A DNA stretch of 36,074 bases, taken from IMG/VR virus record IMGVR_UViG_3300020044_004534, positions 1 through 36,074 of that record. The stretch is one strand, 5' to 3'. Position numbers and translations under genes: made by a program. This document shows, one piece after another, positions 34,577 to 36,074 of the stretch. A model generated the notes under the pieces. It saw only the letters and a list, made by a program, of their open reading frames with translations, was not told the DNA's origin and made no database searches. The DNA comes from a virus. Its lineage: Duplodnaviria > Caudoviricetes. Within the stretch, counting starts at the first letter, position 1, and every line of letters starts with the position of its first letter.

Positions 34577-36072
34577 TAAATTGGCTCCATCAACGGAATA
34601 GTAGCAAAATCGCTATGTGTCATATAATCAGTAGGCGAAGAAGTTGGTGTAAACATTGCTGCAGAAAAATCGTTGAAAGTCTTACCAGCCCACAACGAAT
34701 TAAAATCAGCAAAAGTTACATACTGTTCAGCAGTAAAGCTAATTGCGCCATAAGAATAGTCTACATCAATGATACGGTACTTAGAGTTTTCCCACTCAAA
34801 AATAGCACCAGGCAAATAACCAAACTCTTGAGAACCAGCCTCATCAACAGCATTAGTTGAAATGCCAACTTTAATATTCGGTCCAGCAATACGCTGATTT
34901 GTGCGATAAATAACATCCCAAGCTAAAGAATCAGTAACCATAAAAGGATTCTCTGTATAGTCCGTAGTCTCAGTATCGTCAACTTCATCACTAACAATGC
35001 CAGTAGTAGTTTCAACAGTCTTAGCTTCAACCACTGTGCCACTAGCAACAATACCCAAAGCAGGATCTTTGCTCGAAAACGCTAAAGCCCAAGGAGTTGT
35101 TGCGCTAGTATCAGGACCAATGATAGTCATCTTAATTTCATAAGGGTCATTAGTTAGTTCAAGTTTCAAACCTGCACCAGCAAGTTTGTCAGCTGCAACA
35201 ATGTTATTGTTCTTGTCATAAAAAGAATAAAAACCATTAGTGTAAACACTTGGCACAGTACCAATAGAAGACTTCTGAATATAGTCAGTGTATTCAGGGA
35301 AAAAGACAGTGCTAGGAACCTGTTCAATATATTCAGGTGTAGCAATAGAGTCAATAGCCATAGTGGTTTTTAAAGACTCTTCTTTAGACTCATTAAAATC
35401 TACAGTAAAAATTGTTGAGTTCTTTTCAGAAACAAAAGCAATAGCACCAGAAGTAAACTTTGTTTTACCAATACGATATTTTGTACGTTCAACAGGTGAA
35501 GGAATTTCAACATTGAAAGTGCTAATCTAAGAATTTTTGATAGAGATTTGCTTGCTTGCTACAGGACGGATAACAACTTTGCCATCCATGAAATACATTT
35601 CAGCTTGAACAGTTGTGCACAGAAACTTCAAAGCCTTCAAATAAGTCATACGCCAAGGCGGTGTAACAATGTTATTAGAAGAAACAACAACATCCATTTG
35701 ACCTGAAGTCAAACCAGCATCCAAAAGGTAAGCTTTGAACACGTTAGTAATCGTGTCGTTTTTAGCTTTCATATATCTAGTTTTGTTCAACTTGTCAAAC
35801 ACTGAAACAGAAGTGGTAGAAGCAACGTCACGGTCAATAGAGACGCTAACAATTTTTCCTTCAAAAGATCCACGGTCTGAATCGGTAAAGTTAATCTGAT
35901 TACCAATCAACAACTTGCTTGTTGGGTGAGTAAAGCCATCAGTATCAACATCGTTAGATTTTGCTACAACAGACAAGCTAGGAATGTCACCAGTTGAAGA
36001 ATCAAGCGACAAAGGAGTAATTGATTCACTGTAACTGTAATCTGTAACAACACCAGATTGGTTACCTACAAC
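34576..36072 (-). CDS. Minor tail (baseplate-type) protein, 5'-partial, interrupted by one in-frame TAG at 35527-35529
   Basis: Track ORFs 35527..36012 and 34576..35361 share a frame; the 55 codons between them and the sequence up to the window edge are open. Confidence 0.7.
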
Positions 36073-36074
36073 AA

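Noticed and set aside
1-36074. Genome-wide TAG recoding suggested by the 35527 amber
   Set aside because: TAG terminates several clear genes (terL, GATase, 12919, 15677, 16254, 16941), other long genes have no internal TAG, and there is no suppressor tRNA

Overview
Most of a tailed dsDNA actinobacteriophage genome, opened inside the structural module. A Microbacteriaceae-type host is inferred from WhiB and a host-like SSB. Left arm (minus strand, ~9340->1): small and large terminase, portal, protease/scaffold, DUF2190 cement, major capsid, then collagen/fibre genes. Centre (9350-12900): a highly structured non-coding region, a divergent amidoligase / class II glutamine amidotransferase pair, tandem sigma70-type promoters and an AT-rich iteron-like segment. 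Plus strand (12919-29389): small early genes, two SSBs, SF2 helicase, dNMP kinase, WhiB, Cas4-like nuclease, AAA ATPase, tRNA-Asn and tRNA-Thr, primase-helicase, RuvC-like resolvase, metallophosphoesterase, ThyX and dCMP deaminase. Right arm (minus strand): minor tail proteins, an S74-chaperone tail fibre, an M23-LysM endolysin, a PA14 surface protein and holin-like proteins. No integrase, DNA polymerase, major tail or tape measure gene is visible in the window. The most interesting signal is two unannotated non-coding RNAs that expose anti-Shine-Dalgarno sequences in loops. One is an ~80-nt promoter- and terminator-bounded sRNA behind the capsid gene, complementary to early-gene leaders. The other is a tRNA-shaped RNA whose 'anticodon' loop copies the 16S rRNA 3' tail. 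Late genes tend to be leaderless or to use a different SD, suggesting an RNA-based translational switch (inference). Several apparent frameshifts and one in-frame TAG may be assembly errors. All protein calls come from motif recognition by eye; no database searches were run.
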